Shown here piece after piece: positions 39,225 through 52,023 of a stretch of DNA of 64,000 nucleotides. The notes beneath the pieces are model-generated. The model was not told where the DNA came from. It saw only the letters and a list, made by a program, of their open reading frames with translations, and ran no database searches. Both the position numbers and the translations under genes were made by a program. Location: the NCBI GenBank assembly GCA_951406725.2, contig OX597815.1:129270001-129334000 (forward strand), read 5' to 3'. The stretch's first letter is position 1. Every line of letters starts with the position of its first letter. Origin of the DNA: Octopus vulgaris. Its lineage: Eukaryota.

Positions 39225-39795
39225 CATTTATTGTCCTTTTGATCATGTCAAAGGAGTTTAAGACCAGTTCTTCTTGGGAACTCCTTTGCGCTGATGACCC
39301 AGTTCTCATAGTTGAATCTCTTGAAGATTTATAAATAATTTCAAAATAGGGAAGCAAAGGCAAGAGTACAGAGGCCTAAAAGTTAATACATGTACTTATT
39401 CAAGCCTTTGCTTCCTATGGAGCTGTTATTGCATCTGGGCTTTCTTTTCAGGCTACTCCCTTAATACGGGAAACACCATATGTTTCCCCGAGGGAAGGCC
39501 TTCCTCTCCCAGCTTTTGTTGAATTTGGATTGCCGTTGATGCTTTCTAGGTTGGAGTGTTAGCCTGAAACCCATTTTTACTAAAGCAATCTGAGCAAAAT
39601 TTAAAGGGGGCTCATTTTGCAACTGAAAAAGACTAGATCTGGAATATATACACAAGAGAGCTAGAGTCGGTTTCAGCTGGGTTGGTAATAAAAGGATTAA
39701 TGTAAGGTTATATGAAGATGTTTTGGCTAGGATGCACCATTCTAATCTATAATTAATGTAATTATCTTTAAGTTCCCAGAAACATCGAACCAAAC
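39225..39795 (-). mobile_element. Penelope-like element 3' end (endonuclease C-terminus plus terminal repeat)
   Basis: FWELKDNYINYRLEWCILAKTSSYN resembles the PLE post-GIY-YIG motif (.WELKD....Y..EW.IL...Y); terminal part matches 29800-29985. Confidence 0.6.
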
Positions 39796-40039
39796 ATTAT
39801 TTTTTATATTTTACTTGTTTCAGTCATTGGACTGCAGCCATGCTGGTGCATTGCCTTCAAGGGTTTTAGTATCTGTCTGTTTATTTAAAATTGAGGGAAG
39901 GTTTATCTCCCCACAGCTGCCATATGAATGGTCTGTCATATTTGAACTCTTTTAAGAGTTGTTACCTTTGTTGTTGGAAGTGGTGTTCTTACCTTTACTC
40001 TTTCCCAGATGATTCATTTGAGCATTTGGGATATTTTTT

Positions 40040-40242
40040 CCTTTACTCTTTTACTCTTTTACTTGTTTCAGTCATTTGACTGTGACCATGCTGGAGCACT
40101 GCCTTTAGTTAAGCAAATCGACCCCAGGACTTATTCTTTGTAAGCCTACTACTTATTCTATCGGTCTCTTTTGCCAAACTGTTAAGTTACAGGGACGTAA
40201 ACACACCAGTATTAGGGACAAACACAGACACATAAACATACG

Positions 40243-40298
<56 letters not shown>

Positions 40299-40470
40299 CA
40301 TTTATACGACTGGCTTCTTTCAGTTTCCGCCTACCAAATCCACTCAAAAGGCTTTGGTCGGCCCGGGGCTATAGTAGAAGACACTTGCCGAAGGTGCCAT
40401 GCAGCGGGACTGAACCTGGAACCATGTGATTGGTAAGCAAGCTACTTACCACACAGCCACTCCTACGCCT
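40040..40470 (-). mobile_element. SINE family A
   Basis: Co-linear full copy. Confidence 0.9.
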
Positions 40471-40819
40471 TTATTAATGGTTCACTAAGTTGTTCATTTT
40501 CTTCTTGTTCTTCTTCAACATTCAGTTGTGTGTTTTGTTTTGTGTTTTTGGGGGTGTTTTTTAAGATATTAATGTCTTTTGTCATGTGGCACAATTATGG
40601 ATCTTTTGTTTTTTTCCTTGATTCAGTTATTGGAGGGTTTTAGTTGAACAAATCAAACCCAGTGCTTTTCTTTAAGCTTGGTACTTATTCTGTTGCTCCC
40701 TTTGGCCAAACTGTTAAGTCATGAGGACGTAAACAAGCCAACACTGGTGTCAAAATGGTGCCGGAACAAACACAAAAGCACACACACACGTACAAACATT
40801 TATCTTCCTATCTGTCTTT

Positions 40820-40862
<43 letters not shown>

Positions 40863-40942
40863 CCTTTCTTTCTTTCTTTCTTTCTGTCTGTCTGTCTGTC
40901 TATCTGACTCTCTCGCCCTCCCCCTCTCTCTATATATATATA

Positions 40943-41210
40943 TCATCAACATCATCATCATCATCATCATCATCGTTTAACGTTCGTTTTCTATGCTGGC
41001 ATAGGTTGGGCAGTTTGACTGAGGTCTGGAAAAGCCAGCAGCTGCACCAAGCTCTAATCTGATCTGGCAATGTTTAAACAGCTGGATGCCCTTCCTAATG
41101 CCAACCACTCTGAGAGTGTAGTGGGTGCTTCATACATGCCACTGGCACAGGAGCCAGTCAGACGGGCCTGGCATCAATCACATTCGGATAGTGCTTTTTA
41201 TGTGCCACTA
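40943..41210 (-). mobile_element. RTE 3' UTR
   Basis: (CAT)n tail; cagctggatgcccttcctaatgccaaccactc. Confidence 0.8.
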
Positions 41211-41493
41211 GGTGGTAAGTGCCAGTCTGGTGGTAGGAGCCAGTCAGATATATATAGTGTAGGTATCAGTTAGAGGAGTTTAAAACCTCTAAGGGATAAT
41301 TAAATCTAAAGGTGCTCCTGGTGATTATCTGAGTATGAACAGTCCTTTGTAAATTTGTATGGTAGCAGGTAGTTCGGTGGGTAGACTGTAGTTTAGGTTA
41401 TATACGAGAAGAAAATGGATGTAAATAACAAGGAGAAACTTGTCATTTACACTGGTATGTCATTAATTTTATTAATTAACAAAGAAGAAGGTA

Positions 41494-41544
41494 GCACTTA
41501 CGATTGTTTCAATTTACTAGTTTTAGTAAATATCTTCAGAATGC
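41494..41544 (-). ncRNA. Minimal type-I hammerhead ribozyme motif
   Basis: gcauu-CUGAAGA-u-auuuacua-aaac-uaguaaau-u-GAAAC-aauc-GUA-agugc: intact core, 5 bp stem I, 8 bp stem II; AATAAA downstream. Confidence 0.65.
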
Positions 41545-41662
41545 AAAAAATATATTGATACATTGGTAATGGTAATAAAATCAAAATTTGCTAGTCTTAC
41601 ATTATATTAAGTTCTTAAGTTGATTATTCCGCTGGGGAGTGGATTTCATTGTAGTAGATTGG

Positions 41663-41716
<54 letters not shown>

Positions 41717-41749
41717 CATACATACATACATACATACATACACACATAC

Positions 41750-41826
<77 letters not shown>

Positions 41827-41892
41827 GGTCCCGGGTTGATTCGGGGTTAACCACAGTAAATAAGGTACTCAATACATAGCAGAGTAAAATTA

Positions 41893-41985
41893 ATTTATTA
41901 TATAGAAGGAGCTTCTACAGGACTAGAACTGTTTCATTCAAGAGAATGAAACAGTTCTAGTCCTGTAGAAGCTCCTTCTATATAA

Positions 41986-41990
<5 letters not shown>
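41893..41990. repeat. Perfect 47 bp-arm hairpin next to (TA)n
   Basis: atttattatatagaaggagcttctacaggactagaactgtttcattc-aaga-reverse complement. Confidence 0.95.
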
Positions 41991-42022
<32 letters not shown>

Positions 42023-42035
42023 ATATGTATATATG

Positions 42036-42069
<34 letters not shown>

Positions 42070-42164
42070 TGTATGTATATATATGTATATATATATACAC
42101 ACACACAATGGGCTTCTTTCAGTTTCTGTTTACCAAATCCACTAATTAGGTATTGTAGTAATAA

Positions 42165-42345
42165 TAATCCTTTCCACTGCAGGCACAACAAGGCCTGAAA
42201 TATTGGGGAAGGGTGCTAATTGATTACACCAACCCCGCTTCTTGACTGGTCCTTACTTTATCAATTCCAAAAAAGATGCAGGACAAAAATAATAAACCTC
42301 AGCAGAATTTGAACTCAGAACATCAAACTAAAAGAAATACCACCA
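42165..42345 (-). mobile_element. SINE family B (short-tail, diverged)
   Basis: aaggcctgaaatattgggg..aacctcagcagaatttgaactcagaac. Confidence 0.6.
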
Positions 42346-42659
42346 AGTATTCTCCATACTGATCAGTTTTTGCTGGAGTTTGCCTTTTATTATGATCAAT
42401 TTCTTTTCTTCATATTCCTTTTAGCAGTATCTTTGAATCACAGTCTAGGTCATCCACAGTCCCTTTTCCCTTTTCATTATTTGGAGTAAAGGAGTTGTCA
42501 GCTGTTGTCTATATTATGTTTGTGTCCCAACCAATGTAAATTTCAATCAATGAGGATATCCATCATAAAAAGCAGATCAGCAGGCTAGTGGATCTCTTCA
42601 TTTCTGATCTTGTCAAACAGAGTGATGTTCATATTCACTAACATTATCATCATGTTAAA

Positions 42660-43035
42660 AGATATTCAAGCCTGAGTAGGTAAGATGAGAAACTGGAAAG
42701 CAACTGACCTGGACCTAGATCAGGGTTTTGGTTGAAGGTTTTGATGAATTTACATCATAAACTACGAAAAGCTATTGTAGAGTTGTGTACACCAAGGAAT
42801 TGTACCTGAATGGATGGTCAAAGGAAGGACTATGTTGATTCAGAAAGACCCAGCCATGGGTGCCATGGATAGTAACTATCGTCCAATTGCTTGCTTACCT
42901 ATGATGTTGAAGCTTCTAACTGGAACAATGGGAAAGATATTGTATGACCATCTTGTAAAAAATGAACCGAAAGGCTACAGGAAAGGATTACAAAGAACAA
43001 AAAATCAGTTGCTAATAGATAAGGCAATCCTGTCT
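42660..43035 (+). pseudogene. R4/Dong-type (RLE) non-LTR retrotransposon RT fragment
   Basis: KMRNWKATDLDLDQGFWLK...VPEWMVKGRTMLIQKDP..SNYRPIACLPMMLKLLTG...KGYRKG..TKNQLLIDKAIL; clade assigned by motif recall. Confidence 0.7.
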
Positions 43036-44735
43036 TATTGTGCATGCATGCAACTTGTCAACTTGAGCTTTATAGCCTGTTCAGCACTATGCAGCAGAGA
43101 AGAAAGCACTATAGCATGGTATACCCTACATTTGATCTGTATCATATATATATAGAATAAAATCAAATAATTTTGAGGTCATGGACATGTTGCTTATATA
43201 ACTATTAAACAAAAGGATCCTAGAATGTATTCTTTGAGAACATTAGTGTTGGGAAGTAGATGAGGGGATATTTTACAGTTATATACCAGAAATTGATACT
43301 AGTTAGGAATGTAAATGTAGAAAATTTGATGAGTTTGATGTTTTATTCTTTAATCATGCAGATTAGTGCTAAAGTTAGCTTTATTTCTCCTTTGCCATAC
43401 TACTAAGTTACTGGGATGTAAACAAACCAGCACTGGTTGTCAAGGTGGAGGTGATAAAGGCAAACAAAAAGACATGCACACACATACACATTCATATGTA
43501 CATACATACATACATTCATACATATGTATATACATATATGCATATCTGTGTATGTACTGACATACATGCATACGTGTATACATACATACATACATACATT
43601 CACACATTCACACTTCTATGTATATACATATATGCATATCAATGTATGTACATACATGCATACATGTACATATACATACGTACATACATACATATATACA
43701 GACATACACAGATATGCATATATGTATATACATATGTATGAATGTATGTATGTATGTACATATGAATGTGTATGTGTGTGCATGTCTTTTTGTTTGCCTT
43801 TATCACCTCCACCTTGACAACCAGTGCTGGTTTGTTTACATCCCAGTAACTTAGTAGTATGGCAAAGGAGAAATAAAGCTAACTTTAGCACTAATCTGCA
43901 TGATTAAAGAATAAAACATCAAACTCATCAAATTTTCTACATTTACATTGATATGCATATATGTATATACATAGAAGTGTGAATGTGTGAATGTATGTAT
44001 GTATGTATGTATACACGTATGCATGTATGTCAGTACATACACAGATATGCATATATGTATATACATATGTATGAATATATGTATGTATGTACATATGAAT
44101 GTGTATGTGTGTGCATGTCTTTTTGTTTGCCTTTATCACCTCCACCTTGACAACCAGTGCTGGTTTGTTTACATCCCAGTAACTTAGTAGTATGGCAAAG
44201 GAGAAATAAAGCTAACTTTAGCACTAATCTGCATGATTAAAGAATAAAACATCAAACTCATCAAATTTTCTACATTTACATTCCTAACTAGTATCAATTT
44301 CTGGTATATAACTGTAAAATATCCCCTCATCTACTTCCCAACACTAATGTTCTCAAAGAATACATTCTAGGATCCTTTTGTTTAATAGTTATATAAGCAA
44401 CATGTCCATGACCTCAAAATTATTTGATTTTATTCTATATATATATGATACAGATCAAATGTAGGGTATACCATGCTATAGTGCTTTCTTCTCTGCTGCA
44501 TAGTGCTGAACAGGCTATAAAGCTCAAGTTGACAAGTTGCATGCATGCACAATAAGACAGGATTGCCTTATCTATTAGCAACTGATTTTTGTTCTTTGTA
44601 ATCCTTTCCTGTAGCCTTTCGATTCATTTTTTACAAGATGGTCATACAATATCTTTCCCATTGTTCCAGTTAGAAGCTTCAACATCATAGGTAAGCAAGC
44701 AATTGGACGATAGTTACTATCCATGGCACCCATGG
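42854..44735. repeat. Large near-perfect inverted duplication with an extra internal inverted copy
   Basis: 42854-43646 = reverse complement of ~43944-44735; ~43702-43949 = reverse complement of ~43308-43555. Confidence 0.95.
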
Positions 44736-45790
44736 ATAGTATGTATACATTCATATACATACATACATTCATACATACATACATACATACATACATACAT
44801 ACATACATACATACATTCATACATACATACATACATACATGCAGTTGCAAAGTGCACTTCTTAACCACATAACAATACCTGCATCTAATAGTGATTATTT
44901 AATTTCATTTGAATTGTCACATATTCATTCACCTGAGTTTTTATTTGTTCCAACTTACCAAATTTAAAAAAAAAAAAAAAAAAAATTGTGAAATAAATCA
45001 TGTGACCAACAAAATATTTGAGTGAAATTCCTAAACTAAGCAATTCATTAGACCGGAAATTTTATCAGAAAATCAGTTTGTAACAATATTCTGAGATACA
45101 AACTATTATTCATTAAATGTCACAGTAATCTGTCACAAATTCATTGCTCTCAATCTGAAGTCGATCACTGTTAAAATCACCTGTGCGTACAAACCCACTA
45201 CCTTCTCACTTTATACTTTCATTAGATAATTATGAAGCAATTCATGCGTACCATGGGGTCGTGTGATGGGGAACAAAAATTACTTTGTTCTATGGCTTTC
45301 TCTTTTCTCGTTTTCTTTTTTCAGAATGTTAGTTGTGATTTCACAAAAGTATAATTCAGAATGAGAGCATTTAAGCTTCAGATCCTCAACATTAAAACAG
45401 TTCTTAATATAGAAAATTAGGCCACCATGTTTATTTTGTTTTCTAACAGCTTGACTATGGGAAACAGGTATAGCTATCTATTTTTAGATAACTTTCCTCA
45501 AAATCTTCAGGTATGTAGCATTCCAGAGAGTACATTATAAAATATTTAAAATTTATTTTAAAACAAAAATTTGATTGTGTGTGTGTGTGTTGCTCAATAC
45601 CACATAGATGAGAAGGCAATGCTTAATACATGTTGTACAGGATATAGCTTTTATTAAAATTGAAGCTGAGGGTTTGTCTCAGGATTTGAGTTTCATGTTG
45701 CTGCAACCCTCTGGCAAAACAATCCTCTGAGATTTCCTTGAAGATCACAGTGGCATGAAACTTAAGATGCAAGACAAACTTTTGGCTTAA

Positions 45791-46515
45791 TCTCTATATT
45801 ATAATTCTGAAATACAAAAAGTTTGTTTGTCTGGTTTTGGCATTGAGAACAGGTTAAAGGCCACTAGATCCTGTCAGATTGACTCCAAAATTTACAGGGA
45901 CATGTAAAATGAGGTGAGGATGCAAATGGGCTAGGTTAGAAATCCCCATCTTAAAAGGTGTCATTGCTAGGGCCAAAAACGCACACTTTGACAAGTCTCC
46001 TCTCATTCTTTTATGTGTCTGTCTTTCTCCATCTCTCACTCTCTTTCCTCCCTTCCTTTCACCTTCTCTCTATAACGTTGTTTCACAGCGTCTACCTCCC
46101 TTCCCTTCAATTTCTCTCTATAACGTTGTTTCACAGCATCTACCTCCCTTCCCTTCACTTTCTCTCTATAACGTCTACTATCTTTCCTCCGCCACCTTCG
46201 CCAATGCTGTCACACACTCTCTCTCTATATATATGTCTGTCTGCATTCATAGAGATAATTATCATCGCCTCCACCACCACACAATCATGAGAACAAATAT
46301 TATGAATCAGATATTTATTGGGTTAATTTATATATGTGTGTGTGTTCTATATATAAATATGTATATATAATGTATATATACAAAGTGTATATATCTGTAT
46401 TTATATGTATGTATATATATATATATAATTTGTATACATTTGTATATAAAATGCGTACACACACACACATATATATATAATGCATATATATGTACACATA
46501 TATATATTTAATGCG

Positions 46516-46564
<49 letters not shown>

Positions 46565-47455
46565 ATTATGTGGTCGGTTGAGCTGAAAATATGCACACCT
46601 ATGTTAAAAGTGCTGGCGAGTTTGCATAACAACTATTTCTTTCCTCAAATGAAAGGCGTGACCTCTAGGACAAAATTCCTCATCTTATAAAATGTGGTCC
46701 GAGTAGACCCAAATGAAATCGGGTTATATTAACCAAAATGTGAAAAAGGGTCTAAATGGGGCTGGAAGAGGATTAAAATTTACAGGAGTGGGTGTTTAGG
46801 AATTCTCTGTTACATCAAGCTAAAAAATTTGCACCAGCCTTTAAATTGTCAATGTCTTGCCGTCCATGATGAAGAAGTTTTGAATGCTTGCCATGGTGAG
46901 TCTACTGTCGTGAGAAAGAATCACTTCAAAACTTGGTGTTTAGAAATTTTCTTTTACATCAAGTTCAAAATTTTTTGCCAGCTGTTAAACTACCGTTACG
47001 TTGCTGTCCATCGTTAAGAAATGCCAGCCATGGTGACCCTACTATCCTCAGATTCTATCCCTTCAAACTTTGATTTCCAATATTTTTTCATTTTTATTCA
47101 GCTAGCAAGTTCGTCTGTCCCTTTTTAATTGTTAGTGTTTTGCTATCTGCCTTGAAGCAGACCTTTCCGTTGTCACTGCCTGATATTTATGATTCATCTT
47201 TCAAACTATTTTCTTTCTCAACTTTCTCAAGATCTTTTGTTGTTTATAAATGGGAGAGAGATAGATAGAGAAAGATAGAGAGTAAGAGAAAGCGAGGGAG
47301 AGTCCGAGAGAAATGAAGAGTAAGAGAGTGGGAAAGTGAGAGAGAAAGGAGAGAGAAACAAAGAGGGAGAATGTGGTGATAAAAAACAGAAGGGAAGCAA
47401 CAGAAAGTAACAACCACACTCTTACCCGCGCGTAGAGCCAGTCACCTTAAGCTAG
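45791..47455 (+). mobile_element. Probable non-autonomous Helitron
   Basis: a|TCtctatattataattctgaaa..gtttgtttgtctg 5' end; GC-rich subterminal segment then gCTAG|t; continuity of the two ends is inferred. Confidence 0.5.
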
Positions 47456-47769
47456 TTATATATATGTATATATATTTCACTTTTATATTATACTATGGAA
47501 GACAGCAGGGAATATAATTTTTGTACTTGTTGAATTTATTTACTGATACGGTTGCACATAGGGTAAATGTGTTTAAAAGTTGTGGTTTCTTTGGTCTGTT
47601 TGTTCCCAAACAATGCATATTTTAGTGCTGTTGACACCGCCAGATTGAATGATACTGCCCAGGTGTTGAAACCATAGTGATATCGGTGGGGCAGCTGATG
47701 ATGGAGGTATGTTAGATTGTTGGTATGGCTAATTTTGTATATGTAGAATAGAATTAAGACACATCCTTT

Positions 47770-47804
<35 letters not shown>

Positions 47805-47864
47805 TATATAGTGAATGGAAGAAATGGAGTTGAACGAAGATTGTACAGAATTCCTTTTATTACA

Positions 47865-47944
47865 TTCTACACATGTTTCAAAGGCCACAAATTTCCAAAT
47901 TCTGATTAAATAAGGGTACCATATTGTGGCTTTCTCTTCAGGAA
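47865..47944 (-). ncRNA. Hammerhead motif, inverted twin of 48061-48140
   Basis: Exact reverse complement of 48061-48140. Confidence 0.55.
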
Positions 47945-48060
47945 AAAACAGGAATTCCGTTGACAGAACAAAACAAAACAGAGGCGCAGCAACGCAATTC
48001 GAACGAGGACGCTCCTTAAGAGCCCATGGCTGAACCCTTGTTCAACGGAATTCCTGTTTT

Positions 48061-48140
48061 TTCCTGAAGAGAAAGCCACAATATGGTACCCTTATTTAAT
48101 CAGAATTTGGAAATTTGTGGCCTTTGAAACATGTGTAGAA
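48061..48140 (+). ncRNA. Minimal type-I hammerhead ribozyme motif
   Basis: uuc-CUGAAGA-gaaagccacaa...uuguggccuuu-GAAAC-augu-GUA-gaa, followed by AATAAA. Confidence 0.6.
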
Positions 48141-48349
48141 TGTAATAAAAGGAATTCTGTACAATCTTCGTTCAACTCCATTTCTTCCATTCACTAATAA
48201 TATTAAACTTCAATTATCCGCACCAACGCACGGTTGCAACACCAAATGGTCTTATCTCCAACCGTGCTTTTTTCTGCTGTGATTTTTGCTACCCAGGTAT
48301 CGGTTAAACTTTTGAATAATCTGTAACAAGAAAATTCATCTTTCTATTT

Positions 48350-48394
<45 letters not shown>

Positions 48395-48616
48395 TATAAT
48401 TATAAGATCCAGGGATTTAAGTGTAGGAAGATTGTAAGCTTCAAGCAGTCCATGGTAGGTGTAAGAAACAATATTCAAGAACAATGATAATTCCTTAGTG
48501 TCAAAGTTTGTAAGCTTTGCCCAAATCAAAGTTCGATAAGCTGAAAATATTTTTATACCACAAGGTTAGAAACTTGAGTTGCCATGAATGCGAATAAAAA
48601 TCCAAGTTGAAGGAGT

Positions 48617-48870
48617 AGAGCAGGTAAAATCCAAGTAACATGTGTATCCTAGCTAGCAGATCCTCTGATGTAATAATTACTCAATGAGAGGTATTAAGGT
48701 AGGTGTTCGCCAGGCCGAAGATAATTATATGAAGGCTACATTGTCATTAAAGAATCTCAAGTTAACTTACCAAAGATATCTTCATATAATTAAAGTATCT
48801 TTGGTCTGGTGAGTGGATATCTAGGAACCCCTCATTGGGTAATTATATAGCCTGAATTTTACCTGCCCCA
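48617..48870. repeat. Degenerate inverted repeat
   Basis: gcaggtaaaat/attttacctgc; ataattactcaatgag/ctcattgggtaattat; attatatgaag/cttcatataat. Confidence 0.7.
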
Positions 48871-48909
48871 TTGCTTCAATTTGGATTTATATATATATAT
48901 ATATATAAA

Positions 48910-49152
48910 ACCATTCGAGCATGGTCGATGTCAGTACTGCCTGACTGGCCCTCATGCCAGTGGCATGTAAAAAGCGCCCACTACACTCTTGGAGTGGTTG
49001 GCATTAGGAAGGGCATCCAGCTGTATAAACTTTGCCAGATCAGATTGGCGCCTGGTGCAGACTCTTGGTTTGTCAGTCCTCAGTCAAACTGTCAGTACCC
49101 ATGCAAGCATGGAAAACAGACGTTAAACAATGATGATGATGATGACGATGAT
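48910..49152 (+). mobile_element. RTE 3' UTR
   Basis: ggagtggttggcattaggaagggcatccagctg...gttaaacaa(tga)n. Confidence 0.8.
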
Positions 49153-49624
49153 TTATACATACATACATGTATATATATATATATATATAGCGACGTACGT
49201 ACAATTTGGTCTCTTATATGTAAGTATATATTTATCTAAATCTTGTATGACTCTATCTTCTTATTCTTTTATTCTTTCCTTCTTCTATCAGCCCTTTCAT
49301 GCTTATTTCATTCATTCCGCTCTTCGTTCTTTTGTTCCCCCTCTCTCACATTTCATTGCCTTCTCTTCATGCTCACTTTCCCTCTACTTTTCACTTCACT
49401 GTGTCCCTGTCCTTTTTTTCGTATACATTCACTGCTTTCTTCCAAGGAATCTAATGCTCTTAGCTTAGATTTTCCTTGGGGCTGGCCAGATTGGCACAAT
49501 CTCGAATATAACCAGCCAAAATTGTTTTCTTTGTATCATCTATCTGGATGTTTTGTTGTCCCTTTCATGTATCACCTAACTGTCTGGATGTTTTGCGTTC
49601 TTGTCTCATTTTGTATTTTATATA

Positions 49625-49842
49625 TACTCTTTTACTTGTTTCTGTCATTTGACTGCAGCCAAGCTGGAGCACCACCTTTAGTCAAGCAAATTGACCCCAA
49701 GACTTATTCTTTGTAAGCCTAATAGTTATTCAATCAGTCTCTTTTACCGAACCGCTAAGTTACGGGGACGTAAACACCAACATCGGTTGTCAAGCGATGT
49801 TGTGGGACAAACACAGACACACAAACATATACACACACACAC

Positions 49843-49916
<74 letters not shown>

Positions 49917-50075
49917 GTGGCAGGATTCTTTCAGTTTCCGTCTGCCAAATCCACTCACAAGGCTTTGGTTGGGCCAAGGCTCTAGTAGAAGACACTTGCC
50001 TAAGGTGCCATGCAGTGGGAATGAACCCGGAACCATATGGTTGGTAAGCAAGCTACTTACCACACAGCCACTCCA
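49625..50075 (-). mobile_element. SINE family A
   Basis: Co-linear full copy. Confidence 0.9.
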
Positions 50076-50737
50076 TCCTGGTGAGCTCATATTTTATTTT
50101 TAAAGGCAATGCTCTAACATGGCTGGAGTCTAATGACTGAAACAAAAAAATATATATATACACTATGAGGATATTAAAACCTCTTATAGAGATAGTTTTA
50201 TCCAAGATACCCTGGTTTGATATGTTTCATTTTGAAGAGATATTTCTGTTGGAGTACTTCAATTGAGATCAAAATGTAAACTTTGTAATGTCCATTTTGC
50301 TCTGAAGATCTTACACACAGGGTACTCAAAATGCAAACTTATACCATAATATATGTTTTGTAATTTAAATTGAGTGTGAAGTGAAACAATTGTAGGCAAT
50401 ATTAAATAATTAATAAATTAATTTATATCCATTGAATTTCACCATTTTCAAACTTATTAACACTGTGTTTAACCCCAAAAGTGAAACCAATTGGTAAGAT
50501 CAGCCATAATGGATATATAATACTGTGCACCTGGATTAATATACTAACCATACTGACAGGTGTACAAATGCATATTTTCCTGACTCAAGGACTCTTAGAT
50601 GGCTAACACACACACACACACACGCACACATGAGTATGTACATGTGTGTATGTATGTATATATGTATGTAGGTGTGTATGTATCTATTCTTTAACACCTG
50701 ATAGCTCATTTAATTTTCAAGTTTTTGTTTCTTTTAG

Positions 50738-51750
50738 ATGAAACTTACTAAAAATAATGAGGGGAGCCAAACTAAACTTGAACAAAGGAAATTTATCTCA
50801 AAGCTATATTGGAAGTTTGAAAATGTAGTCAAAGTGCAAGTACACTTTAGGGAGTTTTAAACAGATCCACCAACACCACTCACATTAGAGGTAAGTTTAG
50901 AGCAGATAGAACTGTTCAGAATGTCCACAAGAGACATTCTAGAACACCATGTTACATTGACAAACCTCACAAAGCAAGAAAGGGCACTAGAAATGTATTG
51001 CCAGTTTTCAAGAAAATGTGTGACAAGCAAGCCATGAGATAGGGATCTCAAAATTAAGCGCCCATTGAATTTTGAAAAGTGTTATTGGAAAAATTACACT
51101 CCAAGAACAAGCTGGGTTTTCAATGATGATGATTCAGACTGACGAGTGTCATTTTGAAGAGTGTACTTGGTAAGATGTATTGAAGAGTTGTGTAGAAGAT
51201 GTGTTCTTTCCAACAAATGTGGCTACATTTAAATTAAACGGTTAGATTAACTGTCACAATTGTACCTACCATAGACCTGACACTACATATATTGGAGGAA
51301 CATCATGTTAATTTACCAGGAGTTAGAGTACGGTGTGGCTTATAACCAAAAGGATTAATTGCACTGCTCTTTTTCAATAGTTTTGTGATTGTTTCCATTT
51401 ACTTGAATTTGCTGAAACAACCTGAAATGCCAAGGATTCAAGAGGAGTTTGTTGATGTGGAATCTTATAGATTCCAGCAAGATGAGGCACCCCTGTACCA
51501 TCATAGTAATGTAAGGGCTTACCTTGACAAGTTCATTGGACCTCACAGCACAAAGCTATTTTATATGGGGGTACTTAAAAGATAAAATTTACTGTACAAA
51601 GTCGGCAACAGTTGACAAATTTTGGTTTGTCATTCAGTGAGAAAGCTCACAAGTACCAAACAAAATGTTTCTAGATGTTTACAATTCCATTGCTATGTGA
51701 TATAAGCTGTACCTGGAGCAGAATGGACATCAATTTGAAAACAGGCAATA
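50738..51750 (+). pseudogene. Tc1/mariner-superfamily transposase remnant (DUF4817-like N-terminus)
   Basis: EQRKFISKLYWKFENVVKVQ..F*TDPPT; ATFKLNG*INCHNC; FQQDEAPLYHHSNVRAYLD; GVLKDKIY; EQNGHQFEN; many stops and frameshifts. Confidence 0.75.
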
Positions 51751-51976
51751 ATAATAGAAATCAAATTCTGTATGTAGATTCAATTGAATTTTGAAAATGA
51801 AATGCATTTAATAAACATTAACTCTATAAATATACATTTTTGGGGAAGATTCTGCTTACATATTTATTTTTTGACCGAAGGTTTTTTTTTATCCCAATAT
51901 TTATATGCTATTATTTATAGCTTTATCTGCTACAATTAAAAACAAATTATTTCACATTCTCTCAAAGTTTCTAAAT

Positions 51977-52023
<47 letters not shown>

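Larger units (their letters stand above)
47809..48196. mobile_element. Perfect 155 bp inverted repeat of a Penelope-like terminal repeat, each arm with a hammerhead motif
   Basis: 47809-47963 vs 48042-48196; 78 bp spacer; flanked by (TA)n. Confidence 0.85.

Noticed and set aside
46790-47050. Possible pogo/Tigger C-terminal fragment (QLAKNFELDVKE..ILSHD) inside the putative Helitron
   Set aside because: Too short and stop-ridden to call confidently.
49435-49530. Twin hairpins followed by aaaattg, resembling a hammerhead stem II
   Set aside because: No CUGANGA core in the required position.
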